Below are positions 6,981 through 15,718 of a DNA stretch of 42,608 nt, piece by piece. Position 1 is the first letter of the stretch; each line of letters starts with the position of its first letter. The stretch is taken from contig JAZGCZ010000079.1 in NCBI GenBank assembly GCA_036477195.1, forward strand, positions 1-42,608. The letters are read 5' to 3'. The notes beneath the pieces were generated by a model. That model was not told where the DNA came from, did no database searches, and saw only the letters and a program-made list of their open reading frames with translations. Position numbers and translations under genes: made by a program. Source of the stretch: Anaerolineales bacterium (GTDB lineage Bacteria; Chloroflexota; Anaerolineae; Anaerolineales; E44-bin32).

Positions 6981-7637
6981 GTGAGTCGCTTCGTCGCGGT
7001 TGCAGGGAATATCGGCGTCGGCAAATCCACGCTTGTTGAGCTCCTGGCAGAGCGAATGAATTGGACGCCGTTCTTTGAGCCTCAATCGCAAAATCCATAC
7101 CTGGCGGACTTCTATCAGGACATGCAGGAATGGTCCTTCCAATCCCAGATATTCTTTCTGTCGCGGCGCTTGCGTGCCCACCGAGCTATTTCAGATCATC
7201 CGGGCCCGGCGGTGCAAGACAGGAGCGTTTATGAGGACGCTGAGATATTTGCACATAATCTTTACCTCGAAAGAAATATGTCCGATCGCGATTACCGGAC
7301 CTACCGCGATCTCTATGAGGTTCTAACCCGCTTCCTGCCACCCCCCGACCTGGTTGTGTATCTAAGGGCCTCGGTGGATACCCTTATGACCCGGATTTCG
7401 ATGCGCGGGCGGGACTACGAAAAAGGGATACAGCCGGAATATCTTATGCGCTTAAACCATCTGTATGAGGAGTGGACCGAACGTTTCTCTCTCTGCCCGG
7501 TACTTACCGTGCCTGCCGACGATCTTAATTACGTCCTCAACGACGCCCATCTAGACCTCATCATTTCGAAAATTAAAAGCAAGCTATCAGGCAAGGAAGA
7601 AGTTAAGTTTGAGGCGGAGGAGATGCGGGGTAGCTAG
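6981..7637 (+). CDS. Deoxynucleoside kinase (second paralog)
   Basis: P-loop AGNIGVGKST, DRSVYED (ERS/DRS motif), lid RISMRGRDYE. GTG start with GGAG about 10 nt upstream. Confidence 0.85.
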   Translation: MSRFVAVAGNIGVGKSTLVELLAERMNWTPFFEPQSQNPYLADFYQDMQEWSFQSQIFFLSRRLRAHRAISDHPGPAVQDRSVYEDAEIFAHNLYLERNMSDRDYRTYRDLYEVLTRFLPPPDLVVYLRASVDTLMTRISMRGRDYEKGIQPEYLMRLNHLYEEWTERFSLCPVLTVPADDLNYVLNDAHLDLIISKIKSKLSGKEEVKFEAEEMRGS

Positions 7638-7645
7638 CGCGATTC

Positions 7646-7674
7646 TTGCTCCGCCTATTTGATTCCACTACAAT
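7646..7674 (+). promoter_or_regulatory. Putative sigma70-type promoter for spoVS
   Basis: TTGCTC (7646-7651), 17-nt spacer, TACAAT (7669-7674), about 60 nt upstream of the spoVS ATG. Sequence match only. Confidence 0.3.
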
Positions 7675-7737
7675 GCAATAGCGGGTTACCTTCGAACCCC
7701 CATCCGATAACGGGCTACATCAAAAGACAAGGGCCCG

Positions 7738-7998
7738 ATGACTATCATCAAGGTTTCCGCGGCTTCGAGAACCTCGGCCGTCGCCGGCGCGATCGCTGGC
7801 GTGGTACGGGAGCACAACCACGCGGAAGTTCAGGCGATCGGCGCAGGCGCTGTTAATCAAGCCGTCAAGGCGGTTGCGATCGCCCGAGGCTACCTCCAAG
7901 AAGACGGGCTGGACATCGTATGCCTGCCCGAATTTACTTCTGTCACAATTGAGGGAAAAGAACGAACCGCAATTCGGCTGGTAGTAGAGCCGCGCTAG
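7738..7998 (+). CDS. spoVS: Stage V sporulation protein S family protein
   Basis: The 86-aa protein MTIIKVSAASRTSAVAGAIAGVVRE...QAIGAGAVNQAVKAVAIARGYL...TAIRLVVEPR is a near-textbook SpoVS sequence. Confidence 0.9.
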   Translation: MTIIKVSAASRTSAVAGAIAGVVREHNHAEVQAIGAGAVNQAVKAVAIARGYLQEDGLDIVCLPEFTSVTIEGKERTAIRLVVEPR

Positions 7999-8010
7999 CC
8001 TTGCCCCAAG

Positions 8011-9006
8011 CTACTCAACAGCAGGCAGATCAAGCATGAGCACCTCCAACGCGAGGCGCAAATTCGCATTGCTATCTACCGCAGCCAGCGTGCTTGTGAT
8101 TGCTTTCACCACCCCATATCGATCCGCCGAAGCGACCGGCTGGGTCACGTTTTCAAATGAGGGCAACTGATCAGGATTGCGAGACTGCACCTCAGCCTGG
8201 TAGCCACGATAGAGCAGATCTCGCCAAATGCTCAGCCAGGTCTCAAGCGTGGTCCGGACTCGGCGACGCTGAACGGCGAGTTTTCCCCGCCCAACGATTC
8301 GTTCAGCCAGCGCAAATCGGCCGCTGATATCCAAGCCCATGGCCTCGCGCAATTGGTTTATGGCTTCTGATCTGCGTTCAAAGATATCAGGATCTGATGC
8401 CCAACGAATGGCTCTTCCTGGTCGTCCCTCTGATAGCGTGGCGAGCATCTTAGCCCGATCAGACTCTACCTCGTGATCTTCGAGTGCGCTCGAGATGATC
8501 GACGAGGAGACGCTACGGAGCGGAATGACTTCGCACCTTGAGACTACCGTAGGCAGCAGCAGCTCTTGGCTTAGCGCAGTTAGAAGGAGCACTACCTTAT
8601 CGGGCGGCTCCTCCAATGTCTTTAGCATGGCGTTGGACGCACTGATGCTTGCATGGTGAAAGTTCTCAAGAAGGGCAATCCGCCAAGGTCCTTCATAAGG
8701 GGCCAGGGCCAGGCGGCGCTGCAAGGCGCGTACATCATCCACTTGGATTGTCGGATCTGGCGCGAGGACGTCCAGATCGGGGAAGGTTCCCTCCGAGATG
8801 AGGCGACAGGCACGGCATTCGCCGCATATTTCACCCAGAGGGTCTGCACGTTCGCAACTTAGGGCTTGAGCGAATCGGATGGCCAGAGTGCGTTTTCCAA
8901 CCGATTCCGGGCCGATAAAGAGGTACGCATGGCGCGTGGTTTGATCCTGGACATGATGCTTTAGCAGCTTCACAGCCCAATCGTGACCGATAAGATCCCA
9001 ACTCAC
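8011..9006 (-). CDS. holB: DNA polymerase III subunit delta'
   Basis: N-terminal HAYLFIGPESVGKRT (degenerate P-loop), Cys cluster CGECRACR, and LKTLEEPP motif. Length is 331 aa. Confidence 0.85.
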   Translation of the reverse strand: MSWDLIGHDWAVKLLKHHVQDQTTRHAYLFIGPESVGKRTLAIRFAQALSCERADPLGEICGECRACRLISEGTFPDLDVLAPDPTIQVDDVRALQRRLALAPYEGPWRIALLENFHHASISASNAMLKTLEEPPDKVVLLLTALSQELLLPTVVSRCEVIPLRSVSSSIISSALEDHEVESDRAKMLATLSEGRPGRAIRWASDPDIFERRSEAINQLREAMGLDISGRFALAERIVGRGKLAVQRRRVRTTLETWLSIWRDLLYRGYQAEVQSRNPDQLPSFENVTQPVASADRYGVVKAITSTLAAVDSNANLRLALEVLMLDLPAVE

Positions 9007-9101
9007 GTTTCCATTGTATCCTTTGGTCTAGATTGAAGTTCAGATCCCGAAGCCGGAGGTTTTAGTAGTTAGAGCTGAGGGGCGAATCCTTCTGGGATAG
9101 G

Positions 9102-9701
9102 TTGGCTTATATGGTGGATCAGCAAGGAGAGTGGATCGGTCTCTCGGAAGCCGCCGGGCTATTAGGCGTTCATCCCTCAACCGTCCGTTCATGGGCAGAT
9201 AGTGGAAAGTTATCCGTCCATCGGACCGCTGGTGGCCACCGACGCTTCCTTCGGTCAGAGATCGAAGATCTTCGGCGCGGACCCGAAACAAGCGGCGCTC
9301 AACTCGTGATTGAAAATGTGATCGGCCGAACGCGTCTCGAAGTCGCCGAGGGTCGATTAGAGGATCAGGCTTGGTATCGGAGACTGACGGAGCAACAGCG
9401 CGCGGTTTATCGCGAAAAGTCGCATTTGCTTGTTCAGCAAGTCGGTGAACTTATTGGTGCCGATACAACGGAGGAGCCGCGCCAAATTGGCCGCGAATAT
9501 GCCGTGATCAGCCTTGATTGTGGAATGTCACTGGTCGAGGCGGTTGAGGCATTCTTGTTCTTCCGCGGATTCCTGATGGAAAGTATCTACAGCCTTCAGG
9601 AGGCACAAAGCGGGCCGGCATGGGCACAGTTCCAACGTCAGGCCGCCAAATTTATAGATGATGTGCTGGTCTCAATCGTCGAAACCTATGAGACACCTTG
9701 A
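9102..9701 (+). CDS. Excisionase/MerR-type helix-turn-helix DNA-binding protein with a helical C-terminal domain
   Basis: N-terminal LSEAAGLLGVHPSTVRSWADSGKLSVHRTAGGHRRF matches the excisionase-family HTH pattern. The C-terminal ~130 aa were not recognised. TTG start (alternative ATG at 9111). Confidence 0.7.
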   Translation: MAYMVDQQGEWIGLSEAAGLLGVHPSTVRSWADSGKLSVHRTAGGHRRFLRSEIEDLRRGPETSGAQLVIENVIGRTRLEVAEGRLEDQAWYRRLTEQQRAVYREKSHLLVQQVGELIGADTTEEPRQIGREYAVISLDCGMSLVEAVEAFLFFRGFLMESIYSLQEAQSGPAWAQFQRQAAKFIDDVLVSIVETYETP

Positions 9702-9734
9702 GACGGTATAATCGGCTGCTCCAGGTTTTCCCCT

Positions 9735-10259
9735 ATGCCTAATGCCCTCACAAAATTGCTGAATCAACCGCTACTCATGCGCATTCGCCGTAACCACGGC
9801 TTGGAGCATGCCACAATTCATATGCTTAGCGCCAAATATCCGCATACGCCGATCGCCGGCCGTGCCGACGCCAAAGGGTTTCTTATTCTGGGCCGGCTGC
9901 CAACAGATGCTATCGCAGAGAGTGCAGAGGAAGCTGCGGCACGACTGCGCGCTGGCGAAGACCACCTCGCAATCCACCCGAATTGTGGAACCAACTTTCT
10001 GACCGCGGCTGTGCTTGCCGGACTCGCTTGTTTCGCCACCCTTCTGGGGGGCAGAACCGATCGCACGCGAGATCGCCTCGAGCGCTTGCCCTTGGCGATC
10101 TTTGCTACCGTTCTAGCCTTGATCATCGCCCAACCGATCGGTTCCGCCGCACAGCGGCACGTGACTACATCCGGCGAGATCGGAGGGCTTCGCATCGGAG
10201 AGATCCAACAGCTGCGCAGCGGACGTACGACCGTGCACAGGGTGCGCACACAGGGCTAG
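9735..10259 (+). CDS. Hypothetical protein with a putative metal-binding motif and two hydrophobic segments
   Basis: 174 aa. Contains RRNHGLEHATIHML and HPNCGTNFLTAAVLAGL, then two hydrophobic helices. Family not confidently recognised. Confidence 0.55.
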   Translation: MPNALTKLLNQPLLMRIRRNHGLEHATIHMLSAKYPHTPIAGRADAKGFLILGRLPTDAIAESAEEAAARLRAGEDHLAIHPNCGTNFLTAAVLAGLACFATLLGGRTDRTRDRLERLPLAIFATVLALIIAQPIGSAAQRHVTTSGEIGGLRIGEIQQLRSGRTTVHRVRTQG

Positions 10260-10260
10260 A

Positions 10261-11208
10261 GTGAGCCCGCCTTCTGTCTACCTCTTTTACGGCGACAACC
10301 CCCTCGCCATCACTGAAACCTTAGCGGATCTCGAAGCCAAACTCGGGCCGTCATCCGAATTTAACGTGCAGCACTTTAACGGCGGCGCGCTCGACCTCGA
10401 GCAACTGCGCGCAGCGTGTGGGGCTTTGCCTTTCCTCTCCAGCCGGCGGCTGATCGTGGTGGAAAATGCTGAAAGCATCCCCAAAGGGCGCATTGAAGGT
10501 TTCTCGCACCTCATGGATGACCTGCCAGATACGGCCGCGCTGGTCCTTATCGAACAGGTCCGAGTCGATAGCGAGCGGAAATACAAAGAGGGCTCTCCCC
10601 TCTATGCTTGGACGCTAGAGCATCCCGAAAAAGCCTATGTGCGCGCGTTTTTGAAACCGAAGGGCCCGGCCTTCATAAGTTGGTTGATCGAGCGGTCGAA
10701 TGGCCGGATTGAGCAGGACGCAGCACAGCTGCTTTCTCACTATGTGGAGGAAGAACCGTTGCTAGCTGAACAGGAGCTCAATAAATTGCTCGATTACGTC
10801 AATAACGAGCGGCCGATATCGGTTGGAGATGTGGAGAGCTTGTCGCCTTCCTACGGCCATTTGCACATCTTCGATGTCGTGGACAAGTTGGGCGATATGC
10901 ATCAGTCACTTCCAAGGCTGCAACGCATCCTCGAAGAACAGGATCCGTGGGAGGTATTCCCGATGCTCGTTCGTCAGTTTCGACTGATGATTTTGGCTCG
11001 CCGGGCAATTGATATGGGGGAGGATCCGAGCCGCTCCATGAACGTGCCGCCCTTTGTGGTGAAAAAGATCAGCGCCCAATCCCGGCAATTTACGAGCTCA
11101 GAGTTGAAGGTTATCTATCGGCGATTGCTCGACTTAGATGTCTCCGTTAAGCGTGGCGAAGCCGATTTATCGCTCGATCTGCTCCCCCTCATGGCCAGCT
11201 TGTCCTGA
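10261..11208 (+). CDS. holA: DNA polymerase III subunit delta
   Basis: 315 aa starting VYLFYGDNP. Typical HolA N-terminal pattern (..LPFLSSRRLIVVEN..) and C-terminal helical domain (FRLMILAR; VKRGE). GTG start 1 nt after the upstream stop. Confidence 0.8.
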   Translation: MSPPSVYLFYGDNPLAITETLADLEAKLGPSSEFNVQHFNGGALDLEQLRAACGALPFLSSRRLIVVENAESIPKGRIEGFSHLMDDLPDTAALVLIEQVRVDSERKYKEGSPLYAWTLEHPEKAYVRAFLKPKGPAFISWLIERSNGRIEQDAAQLLSHYVEEEPLLAEQELNKLLDYVNNERPISVGDVESLSPSYGHLHIFDVVDKLGDMHQSLPRLQRILEEQDPWEVFPMLVRQFRLMILARRAIDMGEDPSRSMNVPPFVVKKISAQSRQFTSSELKVIYRRLLDLDVSVKRGEADLSLDLLPLMASLS

Positions 11209-11265
11209 TAGCCTGCCCTGACGCACAGACAGTTTAGGTCCTCGCCAAGCCTTTCGAGCTTTGCT

Positions 11266-11571
11266 CTAAGCCTCCAGTGTCTGCTTCGTTAGCCCAAGAT
11301 CCTGTGTGACATTCGAGAACACTCCCAGATCGTCCTCTATTTCACTGGGCTGCGGCTTGATCCCCAACCAGAAATGGTTGGGCTGTACCGTGTCCATGGG
11401 CTGTATCTCCGTATGCCCTACTTTCGACGGCTCGGCGAGTGTGGACGGGTGGACCAAGCAGAGCGTCGCCACCCTTCCGTACTTTTCCTTGTAGTAAGTT
11501 GCGGCACGTTCTACTCGTTCTGAAACCGCTATCGCACGATCTGAGTCGAACCACAACATTCCGATATCCAT
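11266..11571 (-). CDS. Hypothetical small protein (101 aa)
   Basis: ATG at 11571 is preceded by AAGGAGG (plus-strand cctcctt at 11577-11583). The ORF track start at 11598 is probably too long. No recognisable motifs. Confidence 0.55.
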   Translation of the reverse strand: MDIGMLWFDSDRAIAVSERVERAATYYKEKYGRVATLCLVHPSTLAEPSKVGHTEIQPMDTVQPNHFWLGIKPQPSEIEDDLGVFSNVTQDLGLTKQTLEA

Positions 11572-11619
11572 GCAGACCTCCTTGTAACACCTTTCCACAA
11601 GCAGCGAACAGGTGTTCTA

Positions 11620-11647
11620 AGTATAAGCACATTTGTTCTAGAGTCAA
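11620..11647 (-). promoter_or_regulatory. Putative sigma70-type promoter for 11266..11571
   Basis: On the minus strand: TTGACT (11647-11642), 16-nt spacer, TATACT (11625-11620). Confidence 0.35.
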
Positions 11648-11663
11648 GTCGAGCATCCTCGCC

Positions 11664-11730
11664 GCCCATGCGAGCTTATGGTGTCAAGCCGAACACTCGC
11701 TTTGGCCCATGCGAGCTTATAGTGTCAAGC
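11664..11730. repeat. Two 26-bp direct repeats with 41-bp periodicity in a divergent promoter region
   Basis: gcccatgcgagcttatGgtgtcaagc at 11664-11689 and gcccatgcgagcttatAgtgtcaagc at 11705-11730. Each carries TTGACA on the minus strand. Confidence 0.8.
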
Positions 11731-11802
11731 GCGGCACCCGTTCGGCAGATGCAGGCGTACAAAGGGTTTTGGCCGCTATGCTACAATTCCGCCGATTTCC
11801 CT

Positions 11803-13137
11803 ATGGAAGGCGATTCGCTGATACCGAATGTACTAGGACTGCTTGCAGTCGTGATACTGGTACTCATCAACGCGTTTTTTGTGGCGGCGGAATTTGCCCT
11901 GGTGAGTGTGCGCCCGACGCGCATCGCAGAGCTCGTGGCAAGTGGAAATCGGATGGCTCGATGGGTGGCAAGTGGCCTCGAGAATCCTGACCGCTTCATC
12001 GCCGCTACTCAGCTCGGGATCACCCTCGCCAGCCTAGGTCTGGGATGGATCGGTGAGCCGGCACTGTCTGGTCTGATCGAGCCGTTAGTTCAACTGTTCC
12101 CGGCCGGATTTGCGACCACTATCTCCCGTACCATCTCCGCAGTCCTCGCATTTGTAATCATCACTTTTATGCATGTAGTCGTGGGCGAACTCATGCCGAA
12201 ATCTATTGCGCTTCAGAGCCCGGAAAGGACCTCGCTGCTCGTCGGGCGTCCATTGGCATGGACCGTGAGTCTCTTCAAGCCAATGATCTGGGCGCTGAAC
12301 GGAACCGGGAATGCGTTGCTGCGGATCCTCGGCGTCAAGCCTGCCGAGGGACACGAGTTGGTCCACTCCGTAGCGGAACTCAAAATGATCGTGACCGATA
12401 GTGCAGAGGTCGGGGTCGTTGCCGTTTCCGAGCGGGAGATGCTGCATGCGGTGTTCGACTTTCGGGAGACATTGGTTCGTCAGGTCATGAGTCCCCGTAC
12501 GGAGGTTATTGCCGTCCCATTAGATACCGCCCTGGAGCAGATTCTTGAAACCGCCGTTTCGACTGGATTTTCCAAACTGCCCGTGTATCAGGGTGACCTC
12601 GACCAGGTGGTCGGTGTCGTTCACTTAAAGGATGTTGTAGGGGCCATCCAGAGCAATGGATCGGCAACGGCGCGCGACCTCATGCGAGAGGCCGTGTTCG
12701 TTCCTGAAGCCGCTCAGGTAGACACCCTGCTCCAAATTTTCCGTGCGCGGCACCAGCATTTGGCCATCGTGCTTGACGAGTATGGGGGCACGGCAGGGGT
12801 GGCGACATTGGAGGACCTGCTGGAAGAGATCTTTGGCGAGGTCAGCGATCCATTTGATCGCGATGTAGAGATCCAAGCACTACCCGATGGATCCTCCCTG
12901 GTAAATGGCCTTACGACGATCGCCGACGTGAACGAGCACTTTGGATTGAAGTTATCCGATCCGCACTACGACACTCTTGCAGGCTTCATTCTCGGCCAAC
13001 TCGGCCGTCTGGCAGAATTAGGCGATAACATCGTCGTGGATGGTGCCAGGCTTCGAGTGGTCGCGATGGACGGTCGGCGCGTGTCTAAGGTCTGGGTTTT
13101 TCCCATCGCCTCCACCGAGAGACAGACAGCAGAATAA
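11803..13137 (+). CDS. CNNM/CorC/HlyC-family membrane protein (DUF21 + CBS pair + CorC_HlyC domain)
   Basis: From ATG 11803: MEGDSLIPNVLGLLAVVILVLINAFFVAAEFALV (typical DUF21 start), then 4 TM segments, a CBS-pair region and a C-terminal transporter-associated domain. The ORF track start at 11668 reads through the upstream repeats and is probably an over-extension. Confidence 0.85.
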   Translation: MEGDSLIPNVLGLLAVVILVLINAFFVAAEFALVSVRPTRIAELVASGNRMARWVASGLENPDRFIAATQLGITLASLGLGWIGEPALSGLIEPLVQLFPAGFATTISRTISAVLAFVIITFMHVVVGELMPKSIALQSPERTSLLVGRPLAWTVSLFKPMIWALNGTGNALLRILGVKPAEGHELVHSVAELKMIVTDSAEVGVVAVSEREMLHAVFDFRETLVRQVMSPRTEVIAVPLDTALEQILETAVSTGFSKLPVYQGDLDQVVGVVHLKDVVGAIQSNGSATARDLMREAVFVPEAAQVDTLLQIFRARHQHLAIVLDEYGGTAGVATLEDLLEEIFGEVSDPFDRDVEIQALPDGSSLVNGLTTIADVNEHFGLKLSDPHYDTLAGFILGQLGRLAELGDNIVVDGARLRVVAMDGRRVSKVWVFPIASTERQTAE

Positions 13138-13141
13138 GCGC

Positions 13142-15640
13142 GTGAAATATGTTGAGGTAGCCGTAAACCTCCCCGCCGTGCGGGGTACGTTTCATTACCA
13201 TCTTCCCTCGCGGATGCATGGCAGGGTCGGCGTGGGCCATCTGGTGACGGCCCAGTTTGGACATCGTCCTGTCCAAGGCGTTGTTATCGACCTTCCCAAG
13301 GTGCCTGAGGTGCCGGAGACTCGGCCCATAGACGACATATTGGATCCGGAACCGGTTCTCACGGAACATCAGCTGCAACTCGCTCGATGGTTGGCAGAGT
13401 ACTACCACGCTCCCCTCATTGAATCCATCACTTTGATGTTGCCTTCCGGGCTCAGCCAACCTGCCGATTCGGAGTACACGCTGGTCGCGCCAGATGCGGT
13501 GGGCGAAAATACCACCCAGCATCGCCTCATTCAGCTCCTAACCAAACGCGGCCCACTTCGAGGACGGCAGATCGCGCGCGCCATGTCTCGCATGGACTGG
13601 CGGCGCGCGGCAGATCGGCTGGTGCGCGAGGAGGTCGTCGTTCGCAGATCCATCCTAAATCCCCCCCGTGTCTCCCCACGCACCGTGCGCACCGTCCAGC
13701 TGGATGTAACTCCTGAACAATCTGAGGCCGCATACGATGATTTGGGCCGCCCGGGAGGCGAGGCCGCCCAACGCCGGAGGGCAGTTCTCGAATTGTTGGC
13801 GAGGCAAGGGCATCCGCTTCAGGCAGCGGCTATTTACTCTGAGACCGGGGCAAATTCTGCCGATCTTCGCTTTCTAGAGAGGCGTGGATTGGTCAGCTTC
13901 CACGGGCTAGAGGTGTGGCGCGATCCGGTGGCTGAGTTGGAATTTGTCGCGACCGATCCTCCAGAACTCACTAAAGATCAAGAGAATGTTTGGAGCGAAG
14001 TCCAGTCCGCCATCGAAGCACAGACCGGGCACGCATTTGTATTGCACGGTGTCACCGGGTCAGGGAAAACGGAGATTTATCTTCGGGCGGTGGGCGAGGC
14101 CCTGGCTCGGGGCACCTCTGCCATTGTATTAGTGCCCGAAATTGCACTTACACCTCAGACCTTGCGCCGATTTCTGGCCAGGTTTCCGGACAACCTGGGC
14201 GTGCTCCACTCGCAGCTCAGTGAAGGCGAGCGCTACGATACCTGGCGACGAGCCAGATCCGGCGCACTACAAGTGATGGTCGGGCCCCGGAGCGCGCTCT
14301 TCGCACCGCTTGAAAACATCGGGCTGATCGTGGTCGACGAATCACATGATGAGTCTTACAAGGAACAGGGCCAGGCGCCACGCTATCATGCGCGGCAAGC
14401 TGCGCTCGAGTACGCTCGTATCACATCCGCCGTATGCATTCTCGGCACCGCGACGCCAGATCTGACCACCACCTTCCGATCGAGAAGGGGCGATCTCACA
14501 CGGTTGTCCTTGCCAAAGCGTATCCTCGGGCATCGAGAGAAGCTGCGGCAGCAGGCTAAGCGGCTGGGTGTGCGCAGCCGCTACGAGCCAGCCGGCGGCG
14601 TGGCAGAAACTATTGCACTTCCGCCGGTCAGGGTGGTCGACATGCGTCAGGAACTGCGCGCTGGAAATCGCTCAATGTTCAGCCGCGCCCTGCAACGTTC
14701 TCTTGGGGAAGTCCTGGATAACAACCAACAGGCCATTCTGTTCCTCAACCGGCGCGGGACGACGACCTATGTCTTTTGTCGTGATTGCGGGCACGTGATG
14801 CGCTGCTCCAATTGCGATTCACCACTGACCTTTCATTCCGCGCGGGAGCGGCTTCTCTGTCACCACTGCGGCAACGACCGGCGAATGCCAGAGAAGTGTC
14901 CAAACTGCGGCAGCTCCCGGATCAAACAATTCGGTGCCGGCACTCAGCGCGTCCAGACCGAGGTCGAGCAGCTGTTCCCTACCGCACGCACGCTCAGATG
15001 GGACCGAGATACGACCCGCACCAAGGGCTCACATGACGCGATACTCAGTAGTTTTGTGGCGCATGAAGCGGATGTGCTGATCGGCACACAGATGGTAGCG
15101 AAGGGCCTGGACCTGCCGTTGGTCACTCTCGTGGGAGTCGTGCTGGCGGACATTGGGCTGAATTTGCCAGACTACCGGTCTCCCGAGCGATCATTTCAAG
15201 TGTTGAGCCAGGTTGCCGGCCGCGCAGGACGCGGATTGCTCGGCGGGCATGTTGTTCTGCAGACTTACGAGCCCGAACATTACGCGATACAGGCTGCGGC
15301 TGAGCACGACTACGATGCGTTTTATGAAGCAGAGCTCGAGATGCGTCGCCAATTGGATTATCCACCCCACCGGAGGCTGGTGCGGCTGGTTTTCCGGCAT
15401 ACTTCGGAGGATGCGGCGCAGTCGGCTGCTGAGCGGATGGCGGGCTCAATCGAAGCTCGAATTCGCGAGCTCGGCGTGCGCCGCGCCGACCTCATCGGCC
15501 CCGTCCCAGCTTACTTCCGACGCGTTCGAGGTGAATATCGCTGGATGGTTGTAATCCGTGCTTCAGACCCGACCAGCCTGCTGCCTGATGAGTTGCCGCG
15601 TGGATGGACGGTCGACGTCGATCCGGTTTCTTTGCTGTAG
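13142..15640 (+). CDS. priA: Primosomal protein N' (replication restart helicase PriA)
   Basis: VKYVEVAVNLP start (GTG 13142, just after the upstream stop). Walker A GVTGSGKTE, DExH-like VVDESHD, four CxxC pairs (CRDCG..CSNCD..CHHCG..CPNCG). The ORF track start at 13040 overlaps the preceding gene. Confidence 0.9.
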   Translation: MKYVEVAVNLPAVRGTFHYHLPSRMHGRVGVGHLVTAQFGHRPVQGVVIDLPKVPEVPETRPIDDILDPEPVLTEHQLQLARWLAEYYHAPLIESITLMLPSGLSQPADSEYTLVAPDAVGENTTQHRLIQLLTKRGPLRGRQIARAMSRMDWRRAADRLVREEVVVRRSILNPPRVSPRTVRTVQLDVTPEQSEAAYDDLGRPGGEAAQRRRAVLELLARQGHPLQAAAIYSETGANSADLRFLERRGLVSFHGLEVWRDPVAELEFVATDPPELTKDQENVWSEVQSAIEAQTGHAFVLHGVTGSGKTEIYLRAVGEALARGTSAIVLVPEIALTPQTLRRFLARFPDNLGVLHSQLSEGERYDTWRRARSGALQVMVGPRSALFAPLENIGLIVVDESHDESYKEQGQAPRYHARQAALEYARITSAVCILGTATPDLTTTFRSRRGDLTRLSLPKRILGHREKLRQQAKRLGVRSRYEPAGGVAETIALPPVRVVDMRQELRAGNRSMFSRALQRSLGEVLDNNQQAILFLNRRGTTTYVFCRDCGHVMRCSNCDSPLTFHSARERLLCHHCGNDRRMPEKCPNCGSSRIKQFGAGTQRVQTEVEQLFPTARTLRWDRDTTRTKGSHDAILSSFVAHEADVLIGTQMVAKGLDLPLVTLVGVVLADIGLNLPDYRSPERSFQVLSQVAGRAGRGLLGGHVVLQTYEPEHYAIQAAAEHDYDAFYEAELEMRRQLDYPPHRRLVRLVFRHTSEDAAQSAAERMAGSIEARIRELGVRRADLIGPVPAYFRRVRGEYRWMVVIRASDPTSLLPDELPRGWTVDVDPVSLL

Positions 15641-15718
15641 GAGTTGGAGTGGGGAACCATACTCCTCCTCGACTAGCTGCAGTGCGGGCGAACGGATCTA
15701 CTTTCGTTGCTTTGAATG

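Noticed and set aside
11668-13141. ORF-track N-terminal extensions of the CorC-family gene (start 11668) and priA (start 13040)
   Set aside because: The extensions read through intergenic repeats or overlap the upstream gene by about 100 nt. The family-typical N-termini begin at ATG 11803 and GTG 13142, so the shorter starts are preferred.
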